Part shown: piece after piece, positions 15,684 to 29,490 of the stretch
Layout: each line of letters begins with the position of its first letter
Position numbering within the stretch: the stretch's first letter is position 1
Assembly: GCA_051362555.1 (NCBI GenBank)
Contig: CM120644.1
Coordinates: forward strand, 11,182,567-11,246,566
Direction of reading: 5' to 3'
DNA length: 64,000 nt
Source: Lingula anatina
Lineage: Eukaryota; Animalia; Brachiopoda
Position numbers and translations under genes: made by a program
The notes under the pieces: model-generated
Databases searched by the model: none
The model's input: only the letters and a program-made list of their open reading frames with translations
What the model was told of the DNA's origin: nothing

Positions 15684-16299
15684 TAATTGCTACATAAACT
15701 TATATGTGGTATTTTTTCAAGTGCTGCCAACAAAAGACTGATTAATAAATCCATCTGTTCTAATTTATTGAGCAATAAATGTAAGTTTAACTTTCACTAT
15801 TAAAAAAAAATTAGATGGAAAAAAGTCCACTCTTCAAAAGCTATCAAGTTGTTTTGACGGTTTATCTTGGACTCTATATCAATCCTGCAATAGTACTGAT
15901 TTGAAAATACCTCAAGAATGTGAAGAATTTGTTTAGTCCCAAGATTCAAAGTGCTCCTGGGGACAAGATGACATCTTATTAGATAAATGGAAGAAACAGT
16001 TTTATCTTGATACCGCTACATGCCATGAACCAACAATGCATCCCCCCAGCCATGTATATATCAACCACAAGTATGAGAGCCTCTCTCAGCTAACGTGTCT
16101 CAAAAAAAAAAATAAAATAATAAAAATAATGGCGAGATACCTTGCAATAACACTCTAGAGAAGAAAAAGGTCTGATATCAGCCAAGATAAAGACAAATTT
16201 CATACCTTAGGGGGGGTTTGGAAATTTCGCGAATTTTTCAACTGAAAACCAAAATGCTAAAACATGTGAAATATTGAGAAAATGGGAACTTTTTCTTAC

Positions 16300-16462
16300 C
16301 TTCTCTGGAAGGCGGACATTTTTCTTTCCCTGCAGCTTCTGTCTAAGATGGCTGTCCGAGATGGGCCGGGCGTTCTTGTTAGGAACTCGGAGGAGGGCAG
16401 AGGCACCAGTATGGTACCCAATATCTGAAAGACTTTGACTTCTTTCTCTGTAGCTTTTCCTC
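16300..16462 (-). CDS. CCDC177: CCDC177-like shared exon (RRKSYRERSQSLSDIGYHTGASALLRVPNKNARPISDSHLRQKLQGKKNVRLPEK)
   Basis: Acceptor gttttctacacag, donor AAG|GTAAGA; 163 nt, phase 2/0. The end LPEK aligns with recalled VPER(DRKI) at the start of the DUF4659 coiled coil. No following exon found in 1-16299. Confidence 0.82.
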
Positions 16463-17351
16463 CTGTGTAGAAAACATCAAAATCATTTGAAAATTGACGT
16501 GAAACTAATGAGAAAACTCAAGGTGCATTTGATATACAAAGCAAAGTAATGTCAGGGAGTTTGCTATCTTCCATATCATTGCTTTTTTAAAAACTAAGTA
16601 AAATCTGGTGGCATGATAATATTACAATTATATTCTGTGCATTAAGTATTAAAATAATATTGTTTTTATTGTATTTATTGTATTTATTTTTTATTTTATT
16701 TTTATTTTTTAGTTCAAAATGTTCAGACAGTCAATTCAAATTCAGAAATTGTCCGTGGTGTTATTAATGCCATGCAGAGTAAGCAGAAAACTGCAATTAT
16801 AAAGCCCAAAGCAATGATTTTGTCAAAGGAACAGTCAACAAACAATGTATGCAATTATGTAAAAAAATATCTTGAATAAAATAAGAAATCTATTCATCAG
16901 CCCCAAGGAAACTATTCACAAACCAACATCTAAGCTTGTTTTGTGTCAGCTTTAAAGAAGATGAGCACATTTAGACTTCTTAATCATGCTTATTAGTCTA
17001 TGATGTAAAATTTTTACATATTTCCCTTAAGCTTAATACCTTTATACCTCAAAATAAATTAGGGGCACAGGTAAGTCAGCCAATGAAACCTGTTTTAATA
17101 TACTATGCATACAATAATAACTAGAAGTGAGCAGGAAAGGTGATCAGAATAATCTTAAGTTTCAGAAAACTGAAAGCAAGCAAGCAACACTGTAAATTTT
17201 AGTCCAAAATTAAGGCGGCCCTAAATCTTAAAATGATGTATTTAAAATACATCTTTTCAGGTCTGAGTGTAGTTAGGAACTTCATTTTCTAGTAGACAAA
17301 CTGAGTTTCAATGTAGTTTATGCTATGTGTTAACAGATTATTTCTTATTAC

Positions 17352-19084
17352 CTTGGTGTTGGGGTAGAGCTCCGACTACACAAGCTCATAGTTTCCATGC
17401 ATGCAGAGTTCGGCGCACTGACACCGCTGTCGTTCAAACTCTGATTGCTTCCGCTATGCAACGATTCACTTTTAGGAGATGACGTTGACAGAGGACGAGG
17501 AAAGTCTGACTTTGAAAAAGCCGTCTGCCCAAGAGACGTATCTAAGAGGGAGAGAGTGGCACTAACATCATGGATCCCCTCATCGGGCGATAGCAAGGCA
17601 TTTGCCGCTACTGAAGATGGCGCCTCCTCCACAATAGTGGTCAGAAGGGCCGAGGTGTCCAGACTTTTTGAAGGGCTGACATCATCATGATCTGGAAGCC
17701 AAGGATAAAGCTCACTCTGAGCTGTATGGCTGTCTATATCTCCCTCTTGATCATTTTCATTTTCTTTTTCTGACTCTTCAATAATTTCCATACTGTCCTG
17801 GTTTTCACAATCAACAATATCTGCGTTGTGAAATGTGAGCGTAGTTTCACAATCATCTTCAACTTCTTCTTCATCAATGGCCTCTGCTAATGTAGCTTCA
17901 ACAGTTTCTGATCCTTCTAAACATGCCCCAACATTTTTCCTCTCATCATTTTTCCCCTCGATCTTTGTGCTTTCTAATTCTTCAGCAGGGTCACTTGCCT
18001 TTACCTGGTCACCATTAGAAGAGACTGTGACCAGTCGTGACCCTTCAGATACATCTTGACCATTGTCGCCAACTTCAGGCTTCTCTTTCAAATTTTCTAT
18101 TCCAGATAGCTCATTCTCCTTACTATCCAATATCTTTGATTTTTGAGTCGATGTTTCACCTTCTTTATTTTCTGGATGGTCAGCCTCCACTTTTGGCATA
18201 CTGACCGGTGTGGTCACTTCATGGTGGACAGGTGGAGGGTCACTCTGGCTTGACCACACGCTAGCCAAGTCCACATCCTCTACCCACTGCTTGAGGCGCT
18301 CCAGACGCGACACTCGGTTAAATCTTCTTGACGAAGCTGAATTTGTCTTCTGTGGAAGTTCTAAGTTATCATCATCGCCATGGTGATTCCCTAGCGCTAG
18401 ATCTCTATTCCTACGGCGTAAAACTGCGCCACCTACGTGTTCTCCTGTGAACTCCATGTCATTGTCACTAGTTGCTTTCCTGTGTTGTTTTCCCTTGTTG
18501 AGGCGACAGTTAGTGCATAAAATTTTACTCTCAAACTCACCGCCATCTGCTGCCACGTATTTCCTCACTTTACAGTGGCAGCTTTTGGGTGACCACCTTG
18601 GTTCTGTTTTTTCTGCATCATCAGTTTGTTCGTTATCTAAATCATTAACTACTAACCTTCTATTTTCTGTCTGAGACTCCACTTTCTCTTTGCTCAAATC
18701 CAAACCTGTGTTCTCCACCTTGTCTCCCTCATGATTTTCATCACCTCCTTTATGCATGTACATTTCAACTTCTTTATCATTGTCGCTCTCGCTCTCCAAA
18801 TCATTTTTGGCATTTGAAATCCCGCTGTCGGATTCCTTATCAGAGTCCCTACTATTCATATGATCCTCTTCCACTGTGGTTGATGCAGTCGGGGGCAATG
18901 GAGACTCGGCTCCGTCAGACATCTCCTCAATCCCGCTCCCTGCGCTCTTGGGGTCTGAATTGTTCAACATCAGATCTGCACCTATATTCAAAAAGTCCAT
19001 GGCAAGGTTCAGCTTATTGTGATTGGAGACCCAGTCGCGAAGCCTCTGCACATTAGCACTGCGTTTTCTCCCTTCTTTTTCCAT
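17352..19084 (-). CDS. Large coding exon (578 codons, acidic and Ser-rich, probably disordered); probable alternative first coding exon of the CCDC177-like gene
   Basis: The only long ORF in the window. ATG at 19084 with an in-frame TAG at 19123-19121 upstream. Ends at donor CCAAG|GTAATA (phase 2), in frame with exon 16462-16300. Confidence 0.85.
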
Positions 19085-22000
19085 AGTCACACAGGGGTGA
19101 TAATTATCTATATATAATACCTATATATCGATGTAATCAATAGTGTCTATTTTGGATTATAACACTGATAATGAAATGGTATCAAGTTTCTCCTTGTTGA
19201 TAATGGCTCGCTCCGTCAGGAGAGAGAGTGTGTCATGTTGCCTGCCTGTGTCTGATATAATAATATAAATTCCCCCTCAGGTTGTAAAAATGTATACCTC
19301 GGCAGATCTGACTGCTGATTACAAAGTGCACTCTCCAACAAAACTAGATGTTGATGTTGTTATAGTTACAGTCACTGCACACAACAGGGGCCAGTGAATG
19401 ACAACAGCAGCAGCAGTAGTCCTTATGTTCAGTTCAAATCACAAAATAATTCTCCTCTTACACTGGTCTGACATCAATAATCATAGAAGTCCCTGTCCTG
19501 TCTTGTATGGTGTACAACTGACAGGTAAAGGTATGCTCCCCAGTTTAAGACTCCTCAGTCCTTAATATTATGATGATACACACACAATCTCAGTTAAAGC
19601 AGTCCTGTCACAGCAGTGTGTATACAGGCGTCCACTTCCTTTCCTATCTCTTTTCTGAATGACGGCTCCACTTACAGAGAGAGATGAGAGGAACACTGCC
19701 CCGTCACCCGAGAAGACCTGTGTAGTAACTTAGTCAGGTATGAAACACACTGCTCGCCTGATTACACCGCAAATGACCACAATCTGTCATCCCTCAACAG
19801 TCTCTTTGTCGCCACCGCAAGTGCCCCTGTGCTTTAACCTTGGTGCCCCTGAGTATGGATACCTAATGACAATCAACACACCTGGCTTGTGTGTTGGGTG
19901 ATGGGGCCCTGGAATGTGGATTGTGATGACAATTATGTGGATGCTCCCTTGAAGTATTAAGCCAGACTGGGATGGAATCTTCGAGATAAAATCAAAAAAA
20001 TTTTTTCACTTAGATTGGTGGCAATCTTTTTATCCTCTTCGCATCAACAAGTCTTGCGAAATCACCTTATAGATTGCCTGAGTGACGTATCTGCTTTTGT
20101 TTTTTTCCTGACAATAAATCTACTGAAGACAATATGTGGGAGCACCTGTTTGTTTAGATACACCTGCTGATTAGTTGTTCTTTTTATCACCGAGATTTAA
20201 AATTGACAAGGTAAGTTGTCAGAGCCCCGCAATAAATTTACTGTCCAGTTCGCGTATTTATCTCACAGGTCAAAATCTAAGTGGTTTTCTATGTCTTCAG
20301 GCGATGTTGCAGATTTTAAAAGTTATTTTGATATCCCCACTAACATGAAATTTGTGTACGATTTCATCACAGTCCTGTTTGTCAACCCTCATATCCTGTC
20401 GTCAGAAGATTAGCAAAAGACTACCACAAGCCTGCTAATACATTAATCTAGTTTACAGGTATTTCAACACAGGCAAACAGGAATACTGTCTCTTTTATGG
20501 GGGCCAATCCCAGCAAATGTGTCTCTCTTTCCCTCATCAAATTCTCCCTGCGTACGCTCAGGAATTTTGCCACAGGAATCGTTCCGGTTGCGGTCCTCCT
20601 ACTTGAAATTTAGGACTTCCCAACAAATACCCAGTTAAATGTTTGTTGATGGGGTTACGGAAAGCTTCATCAGTATGGTTCCCTATGCAAATCAGTCAAC
20701 GTCTACGAGGACAAGTGAGGACTCTTGTTGTTCGTGACGTAAATTGATGAAACCCAGGTGCTTAATGGCCAGAGAAGTTCTTTACTCGAAAATCTGATCA
20801 CTGCTTTTTTGAAAACTTCCACAAAGAACCAAATGCCCAGAGATACAAGTGAGTCTCGTATCATATATCCAATAATACTTCAAGTGTCAATACTCTGGAC
20901 CTCAAGAAAACCAACTGATATCCATAGACAATTCAAAGACATGCATCTGCAAATACCTGTAGAAATACTTATATGTACATCCCACCTATAATCCCCATTT
21001 ATTCCCAAGTCTTTTCATCTAAACTGGACAAGAAAGCATCCTCCATGGCAGTCGCCTTACATTTGTACTTTCAGTCTCAGACAAAGGTAAGCACATACGT
21101 CCAGTCCAGGTCCAGTCTTGGTCAATGTGGGAGAGCCAAGTCCAGATAAAAAAAACAGATAAAAGTTTTCTGTCTTATACAAGTAATCACATCTGTGATA
21201 GATGGTAGGCTGAGAAAAGTGAGCTAATGTCCTTCTCAGCATGCGTGCTAGTGGACGCTTACTCAATCAAACTCGTCTCCAAAGAAAACCATGTTTTTTC
21301 CTCCCAAAATAGTCTTTGTTTCTTTAAATTGTTTTTCTTGCTGATGATTCAAGACCATCAATATGTCTAAAATATCTTTCAGTCTAATTTTTTTTTTAAT
21401 CTCAAGTCCCTACATCTAGAGCTGTCATGGGTATAAATTTGTCACTTAAATTAGATATCTCCTAAATGACCCAAACTGTTAGCTGAAAGGTAATAATTCC
21501 CAGTATGCAAAAGACCTCTCAGTTTCGTTCACTCTCACACGAACAGACCACATGCCAATGCACACATGTGAAGTGACCACTGGTTAAACAACGCTTGACC
21601 ATAGGTCACTGCTGCCTAATTACTTTAACCTGTGTCATCTGGGACGGTCAATGTCAGTCAGCTGTATCATAATGCACATTACACGTTAATTAATTCAAAT
21701 AATGTGCCTGAGAAATTAGTAAGGATTTGCCAGTTAAATAATGAAATGTCAGGAATGTTCTTAAAATTGAGCTATGATCATCACAAGATTATATTATATT
21801 CATTATGCTGTGATTTCGCTTAAAGTGCTACTTAGAAATCATAACTGTCTCTGCAGTGTAGAATATGACTCCTATTAAACCAGATCAGCAGTGTTGAAAC
21901 AGTATAGTTATGAAACACAACAACACTGGAATAAAAAGATCCCTGTGTCAGGGTGTCACCAAAATGCGTCATTTATCTCTCTAGCTGTCATAAAAGCTGC

Positions 22001-25000
22001 TTCCGTAACCACCACGGGAAGTTTTCAGGCAGCTGCAGCTTGCGTGTTTCTCTCCAAATGTCACCAAGTTTGGAAAAGTCAACTGTCACTATATAAAACC
22101 TAGCAGGTGCTGTTCATTTTATTGTTTGTTTTTCATCATAATTTTTTTATTACTATTTACAGAACAACGTAAAATTCAACAAATTGCTATGAAAAAATGT
22201 TTTTCAGTGGTCATTCATATCACCGTTTCTATTCTGTGTGCCTTACTGTATATATAATTTTTACATAAAGTACTATGCACTCTCAGTGCACCAGTGCTGA
22301 CTTTGCAGTGACAGCAGTACTAAGATTCAAAATAAATGAAAGATGTCACTGCTTGGACAATGCCAGCCAATCAAAGAGTATCACAGCCAAGTGGGCGGTC
22401 ACTTCTAGTCCAGCCGTATGGTCAGTCACTGACCATCATCAGTTACAAAGGCTAGACCTGTAGGTCTGAGAGGGACACTGCTTCACTCCACCCACTTCTT
22501 CTGACTCTCCCATCAATCAAATTGGTAGCCCCTCCCACTTTTCTAGTTGCCCAATCAATCACCATGGCTACACTTCTCTCTCCTCAACATGGCAATGACA
22601 GTGATGGTTTTAAAGAAAGTAAGGCAAAACTGGGCAGGGCTTCTGTGCTGCCCACTCTTTGGAAATAATAACCATTTGTCACATCTACAGCCCCTCCACT
22701 TGGCTGAGGCCAGTGACGAGCCATCAATCACGGCACCTTGAAGGAGAGAGCAGTGGAAGGTGCCGGGTGTCACATGCAGATGAGGCAGGGTCTTAATGAC
22801 ACTGTGGTGGGCCACGCTGGAGACATTAAGTGAGAACATGATGATTATCATGCAAAACAAATGCAGCAAGCACTTGTTCATTTACTGTTAATTGTGAGAT
22901 TTAATACATTTTCTGTAAGACAAATTTTGTTGCAATGCTTGGTGTATTTTAAAGCTTCGGTTAAAGGTTATCTTAATTGCTGCAGTTATCTAACTTGCAA
23001 TTTTTTTATTTAAAAGAAAAAGTTTAATGACACTATTACAAGACTTTGTGCACCCCCTTGCGTCTTTTCATATCTCCTCTTCATACCCTCCCTCTCTCTC
23101 TCTCCCTCTCTCTCTCTGAAGTAGGTCAATGTGAACAACATACAAGTACTTGTCCTTTCAAATTGGTTACATTATCACACATAAGAACATTTTTGTGGTT
23201 AATGTGTACCAAGGGTCTCTTGAGCCCAAAATAATCAAGTCCATGCCTTCTATCTTGTCCTTGGCCTGGTCTCATAATAACTTGCACGTTAAGACCAAAA
23301 GTTTGTCAAAACTTTAACACCAAATTATTATTTCATTGTTATTCCAGTCTTGCCCATAATAAAACAGTATTAGTACACTTCTATAAAAAATCCTATCTGT
23401 TTCATAAACAGAAAAATATTACTTAATATGTTTTAGAGTCAATACCACAAATTTATCCCAAATTCAACTACACCATAATTTTCAAACAAATGATATAATA
23501 CAGCTCTGATGCAGAATTCCAAAAGAGCAAGAGAACCAGAAGGCACAACCACACCAGCACCAGCAAGCCCATCATGCCAGCAAATATACAGCCGGAGGTG
23601 ACAATATCATCACCACTATCAGTGCCATTGACGTCAACTGCTAGGTGTGACAAACTTGGCAACAACTCTGGTATCAATCACACATCATTGCCTATTTTGG
23701 GCACAGTGTTTCTGGTGGGATTGCCTTTCCAATATTGTGATTTGAGTTTTATCTTTAACTGAGAAAAATATCTTTGGTTTACTTCCAAAATAATACATGT
23801 ATTAAAAGAGATCATTTGTATCATAAACTAAACTGATGGCATCTGACAAATTGCTACAACTTTTATGCAGAAAATGTTTAAACCTACTAGACATTTGTAG
23901 TCCATCTGAATTAAATATTTCATAAGAAGAACAAAAGCTAAGTTTTAAACCAAAAATAACTTTACTTCAGTGGACCATTATGCAACTGAAGTAGACTAAC
24001 ACTTCCAGTCTAAAAATGAAAACTAAATTTGGTTTCTAATTCTGTCCCTAGGGACTTACAGTATTTGAACTGTAACAGTACGGTAATGTGCCAAGCATTT
24101 CGACGGGCCCAGTCAATCCAACCACAAAAATTATTTTATAAAATTAATTTTTCTGGGCTCAAACAATTAGTCCATACGTCAAAATCATGGGACAGAATTT
24201 TTTTCTTGTTCCGATTGTTCGACCACATCGTCGACAAGACTCGGTAAATTTTCAAGCCAGTGAAATAGATGCTGCATGCCTCGGCCCTTTGTCAATTGTT
24301 GTCCTTTCAATAGCTCTCGTCAATGAGGGAGAAACAATTAACTGAAGATCTAATCTGGAAGCATGACGTACCTGTCTTTTCCTTTGTCCCCGATGACAAT
24401 AATAGTGCTTATAGACATACAAATTTTGCTAATTAAGCAGACTTGCCCTCGCTGACTGATTCATCACGCCCGTAACTGGGGAGGGGGGGGGGGGTAAAAA
24501 AAGGTCTATTCTGGATGAAACCAAATATCGACAGTGGGTAGAATACGTCGTAAACACCTTCATATAGACCATATATCCCGTTTGCTAGCAATAAAAAGTT
24601 TGGGAAGAATAAGCAATTTATTTTCAAGTTCGATTGAAATATATATGCAGATGGGGAAACGTTCTTGAAGTCAACACCGCAAGATCTTACATTTACTACA
24701 ATCGACCGAAAGATCAGCGGGATCGACCACCCAGACTTCTTGGCGCCAAATACCACGCGCTGTCAAAATCTGACGAACACGTGTCGCTGTTCACCTACAT
24801 GGATAACTGATTTGTCAACAATAAAAATTACGTCTTCCTTAACTCCATGGGAGCTTCATAGAGAGTTCCACTGGGTATTAACGTTACCTGTGAGTCACTT
24901 TCTATTTCCCCAGATGCATGAAATGTTGATAATATTTAGCGTAATCCACGACGAACTCCATTCCTGTGACCCCCCTCCCCCAAAATGGGACCGTCTTCAT

Positions 25001-26786
25001 TAACATGTGGTTTGCGCTATGCTGGAGCAGGCCAGATAAAAGCAGTCTCTCATTTCTGCATGTGCTCAATTCTCACGTCAAATTATAAATGCACCTGTTT
25101 TGTGAAAATTATGGCAAGTAAATGCTTTTTTTACGTTCGGGTTGTATCAGTGGGGTTTTCAATATGCACCGTGGTTTGTGCACAGCGAGAGTATATAAGT
25201 AAGAAAATCGGAAGAGTGCAAGCAAGATACTGTATGTCTATCGGCACAGATACGCTCCGTATTTTGCCTTTTCTCAATATGTTTTTATATGACATGCTTT
25301 TTAAATAAAATACTTAATAGTAATTTGAAGTTACACTGATTTCCGTTTGAGTACCAGTTGGTATTCTTTGATACGGGTGATTGAATTTTCTTCGGAAGTA
25401 CGTACGTCTACGCCTTGACGCTGAGCAAGCCTTGCGGGTTGAAAACAACTGATCTCAGACTGGTAAAAAATTTCAATTCAGTTGATTTCAGTTGTCATAT
25501 TAAATTCAAATAGGGCGTACGTAAATCACATAACTGGTTTAAGTCCACTAAAGCTACTGGTTTCAAGTATAAGTGACCGGCCTTTGTTTACAACACCTGT
25601 CTCCGGGCAAATACTCGTCCCACTTGTGAAGCACATCATGAAAGTGATCGTTGGTGAGGGAAATATATAATTAAAAATTATAATTGTCGTCTTTTTTAAT
25701 GTTAAGTAATGTTAGCACATATTATACACAGCAAAATAAGATTTCAGGAGGATAAAACATGCCTGAAACACGTGTTAGGCGAAAATTGCGGCTTATCTTG
25801 TGTAACACTTCCGGTAAAATGCAACACTTCCGGAAAGATGGACGTTTTGGCAGATGCCCCTAACAATCCGACGATATCAAAGGTTTCCATTTGCTGTATT
25901 TTAATCAATTCGACCAAACTGACATTTCCATGAAATTAATTAATTAATCTTGGTCGAATTGTTTGGCATATTACCGTAAGGTTCCATTTCTAAACTAAAG
26001 AATCTTATTGTACACAGCCTTTCTCTTTAAGGTAAGCGGGCAAAAGAGGCATTAGATTGGTTTGTTATAGTTAGATATTGGCTTCTTATGTTTAGACAAT
26101 TTTTTCAAACCATTCCCTGGGACAATACATAATAAGTTAAATCATTATAAATTAATGTGTATCATATTGTTAAGAAATGATCACTAGAGAATCTCGTCAC
26201 ACAACAACTATGTAGAGGTGCAGGGATGGATATTAAATACACCAGCCTAGAGACTCTATAACCAAATATAGTAACAAGGACAACTGTCAGCGCCACTAAC
26301 AACATTCCTGTTTGTCTGAGTGCCCGCATTATCCATTATTTCCCACTATTTTTACCTCTGCCAAGAAGGACAAGTCTTTGTTTTTGTTGGTTTGTTATAA
26401 TAATTATTTAACAGCTGAACCTAAAAAGTTATGTATGGATTTTGATCAAATTTTCAGGCTTGCTCAAAAAAGATTAGATTTTGTTGATTCATTTTTTGAC
26501 AATCAATGACTTTGGCCCCATCAAGAACAGGAGACTAACTAGTCCGAGGGTCAAATATGGTGACCCATTATAATGCTTGCTGTCTAATCTGCTTATAGAC
26601 ACAGGGAGGCGAGATTGTGTACACAGCGTGTTTTGACCAGTTGTATACTTGTTATATGTATGTACATATTTGTAAAGTCTAATGAACATATTCATATGGA
26701 GTTTAGACTTAAAATAAATGTATTTTTTTATTTTTTGATTAGATATCCCATACAATCCCAAGTATCTCATAAGATTGGCCATATTT

Positions 26787-27088
26787 GATCGCATTCACAA
26801 TGAGTTGAGCCAGGCTTTACAAATCCTGGGGACTAAATATGGCGGACGTACATGAAAGAAATACCGCCTAATCTTTTAATAGTCTCTCCGCCTCTCACAC
26901 GCCTCCCCATGTGTCGTCCCAATGGAGCCGAGATTTAATGACTGTCCCCCCGCAGGGACGACGTGTGGCGAGGCGTGTGAGAGGCGGAGAGACTATTAAA
27001 ATATTAGGCAGTTTTTCTTTCATGTACGACCACCATATTTAGTCCCCAGGATTTGTAAAGCCTGGCTCAACTAATTGTGAATGCAATC
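26787..27088. mobile_element. Foldback MITE family A, copy 1 (PIF/Harbinger- or Tourist-like)
   Basis: ~140-bp terminal inverted repeats (GATCGCATTCACAA...TTGTGAATGCAATC), TTT on both flanks; homologous to 36621-37164. Confidence 0.85.
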
Positions 27089-27921
27089 TTTGACACTCGG
27101 AATAGTTAGTCCCCTATTCTGAATGGGGCCTTAGCAAATATTGACAGTAGATTTGCCTTGGAGAAGGTCTGTCATCTCCAGGTGTTCTTCTAGTTTCCTT
27201 TTTTTATAACAAACAATACTGATAAACCTGAAAGTGATATATCTTCAAGCAAATTTGATAAATTCCTTAATGACTCAGAAAAGATGTCATCTTACAAAGT
27301 GAGCTATTTCTGAAATCTATAAATGATAGTCCATTTTGGAATGAGGTGATCTGAGATAATTGTTCGTAAAGACAGACTATACTTTATAAGGTAAATACTT
27401 TGACTGTTTAATAGATATTCAACTGCCCTGCATTCAGCATAATTAACATATTACGTAAAGCAATAAAAATTCATGTGTCTGCCAACCTATACATCTGTGT
27501 CTATAGTCTACTGCAAAAAAGGATACAGATGCTTCTCTCAACTAAAATATTTCTTTTTAAGTCCCACATTTTTAAAGACTTTTGTAGTTTTTTTTTTAAC
27601 TGCAGCAATATGACTTGACAGCTAATGTCCTACATAAATCAAAAAGTAACAACACCCAAATAATTGTTCTGAACAAAAGATCACCTTGGCTGACCACAGT
27701 AAGTGTCCTCAGAGAGAACTAGAGGATCAGAGAGGCGATACCGCCTCCGAATATTGTACCACCAGCTGGAGCAAGCGCATTCGTATAGACCCCCACATAC
27801 ACAAAATAAGGGACATAGCCACCAGTTTTGTGCTTGACAAGCTGTAAAAATGCAATCAACAAGAATTTTTAAACTATTGCAAAAAATATATATGGTACAA
27901 TCAAATTTAAGTTCTTCGTAA

Positions 27922-29490
27922 GGTAGGTCAAGGGTCAATTTCAAGGTCACAGTAAATTGCCAGTATATGACTTCCTATTCAAGTTCAAGAGTAACTATGG
28001 ACCTATCTCTGTCAAGTTTGAAGTTAAAAGAGAAAGAAATTAGCAGAGTTCAGTTCATGATAAAAAGTAGGTCAAAGGTCAATTTCAAGGTCACATTTAG
28101 ATTGCCAGTATATGACTTTCTATTCAAGTTCAATAGTAACTATGGACCTATCTCTGCCAGTTTTGGAGATAAAAGGGAAGCAAAATTTGCAAAGTTCAGT
28201 TTATGGTGAAAAGTAGGACAAAGGTCAATTTTAATGTCACATTTATAATGCCAGTATATGACTTCCTATTCAAGTTCAATAGTAACTACGGACCTATCTC
28301 AGCCAGTTTTGGAGATAAAAGGAAAGCAAAATTTGCAAAATTCAGTTTATGGTGTAAAGTAGGTCAAAGGTCAATTTTAAGGTCACATTTAGATTGCCAG
28401 TATATGACTTCCTTTTCAAGTTCAATAGTAACTATGGACCTATCTCTGCCAGTTTTGGAGATAAAAGGAAAGCAAAATTTGCAAAGTTCAGTTCATGGTG
28501 AAAAGTAGGTCAAAGGTCAATTTCAAGGTCACATTTAGATTGCCAGTATATGACTTCCTATTCAAGTTCAATAGTAACTATGGACCTATCTCAGCCAGTT
28601 TTGGAGATAAAAGGGAAGCAAAATTTGCAAAATTCAGTTCATGGTGAAAAGTAGGTCAAAGGTCAATTTCAAGGTCACATTTAGATTGCCAGTATATGAC
28701 TTCCTATTCAAGTTCAATAGTAACTATGGACCTATCTCTGCCAGTTTTGGAGATAAAAGGGAAGCAAAATTTGCAAAGTTCAGTTGGGTGAAAAGTAGGT
28801 CAAAGGTCAATTTTGAGGTCACATTTAGATTGCCAGTATATGACTTCCTATTCAAGTTCAATAGTAACTACGGACCTATCTCAGCCAGTTTTGGAGATAA
28901 AAGAAAAGCAAAATTTGCAAAATTCAGTTCATGGTGTAAAGTAGGTCAAAGGTCAATTTTAAGGTCACATTTAGATTGCCAGTGTATGACTTCCTATTCA
29001 AGTTCAATAGTAACTATGGACCTATCTCTGCCAGTTTTGGAGATAAAAGGGAAGCAAATTTTGCAAAGTTCAGTTTATGGTGAAAAGTAGGTCAAAGGTC
29101 AATTTTAAGGTCACATTTAGATTGCCAGTATATGACTTCCTATTCAAGTTCAATAGTAACTATGGACCTATCTCTGCCAGTTTTGGAGATAAAAGGGAAG
29201 AAAAATTTGCAAAGTTCAGTTCATGGTGAAAAGTAGGTCAAAGGTCACTTTCAAGGTCATAGTAAGATTGCCAGTATATGACTTCCTATTCAACTTCAAT
29301 AGTAACTATGGACCTATCTCTGCCAGTTTTGGAGATAAAAGGGAAGAAAAATTTGCAAAGTTCAGTTCATGGTGAAAAGTAGGTCAAAGGTCCCTTTCAA
29401 GGTCATAGTAAGATTGCCAGTATATGACTTCCTATTCAACTTCAATAGTAACTATGGACCTATCTCTGCCAGTTTTGGAGATATAAGGGA
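27922..29490 (+). repeat. Tandem array of ~11 units of 146 bp (two of 144 bp, last unit partial)
   Basis: The equivalent GGTC ends at 27936, 28080, 28226, 28372, 28518, 28664, 28808, 28954, 29100, 29246 and 29392. Confidence 0.97.

Noticed and set aside
1-16299. Search for the next (DUF4659 coiled-coil) exon
   Set aside because: The phase-0 AG|GAY candidates I read hit stops quickly and none encode E/R/K-rich coiled coil; treated as intron.
17445-19056. Four plus-strand ORFs overlapping the large exon
   Set aside because: Antisense shadows of the real minus-strand coding exon.
17348-19090. The 580-aa ORF as a complete single-exon gene with a GTG start
   Set aside because: Its stop overlaps a GT donor that joins the next exon in frame, and an ATG lies two codons after the GTG.
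27967-29090. Repetitive ORFs of 80-149 aa in the tandem array, and a CRISPR-like appearance
   Set aside because: The 146-bp unit is not a multiple of 3, so frames shift each unit. There are no unique spacers or cas genes, and the context is eukaryotic.
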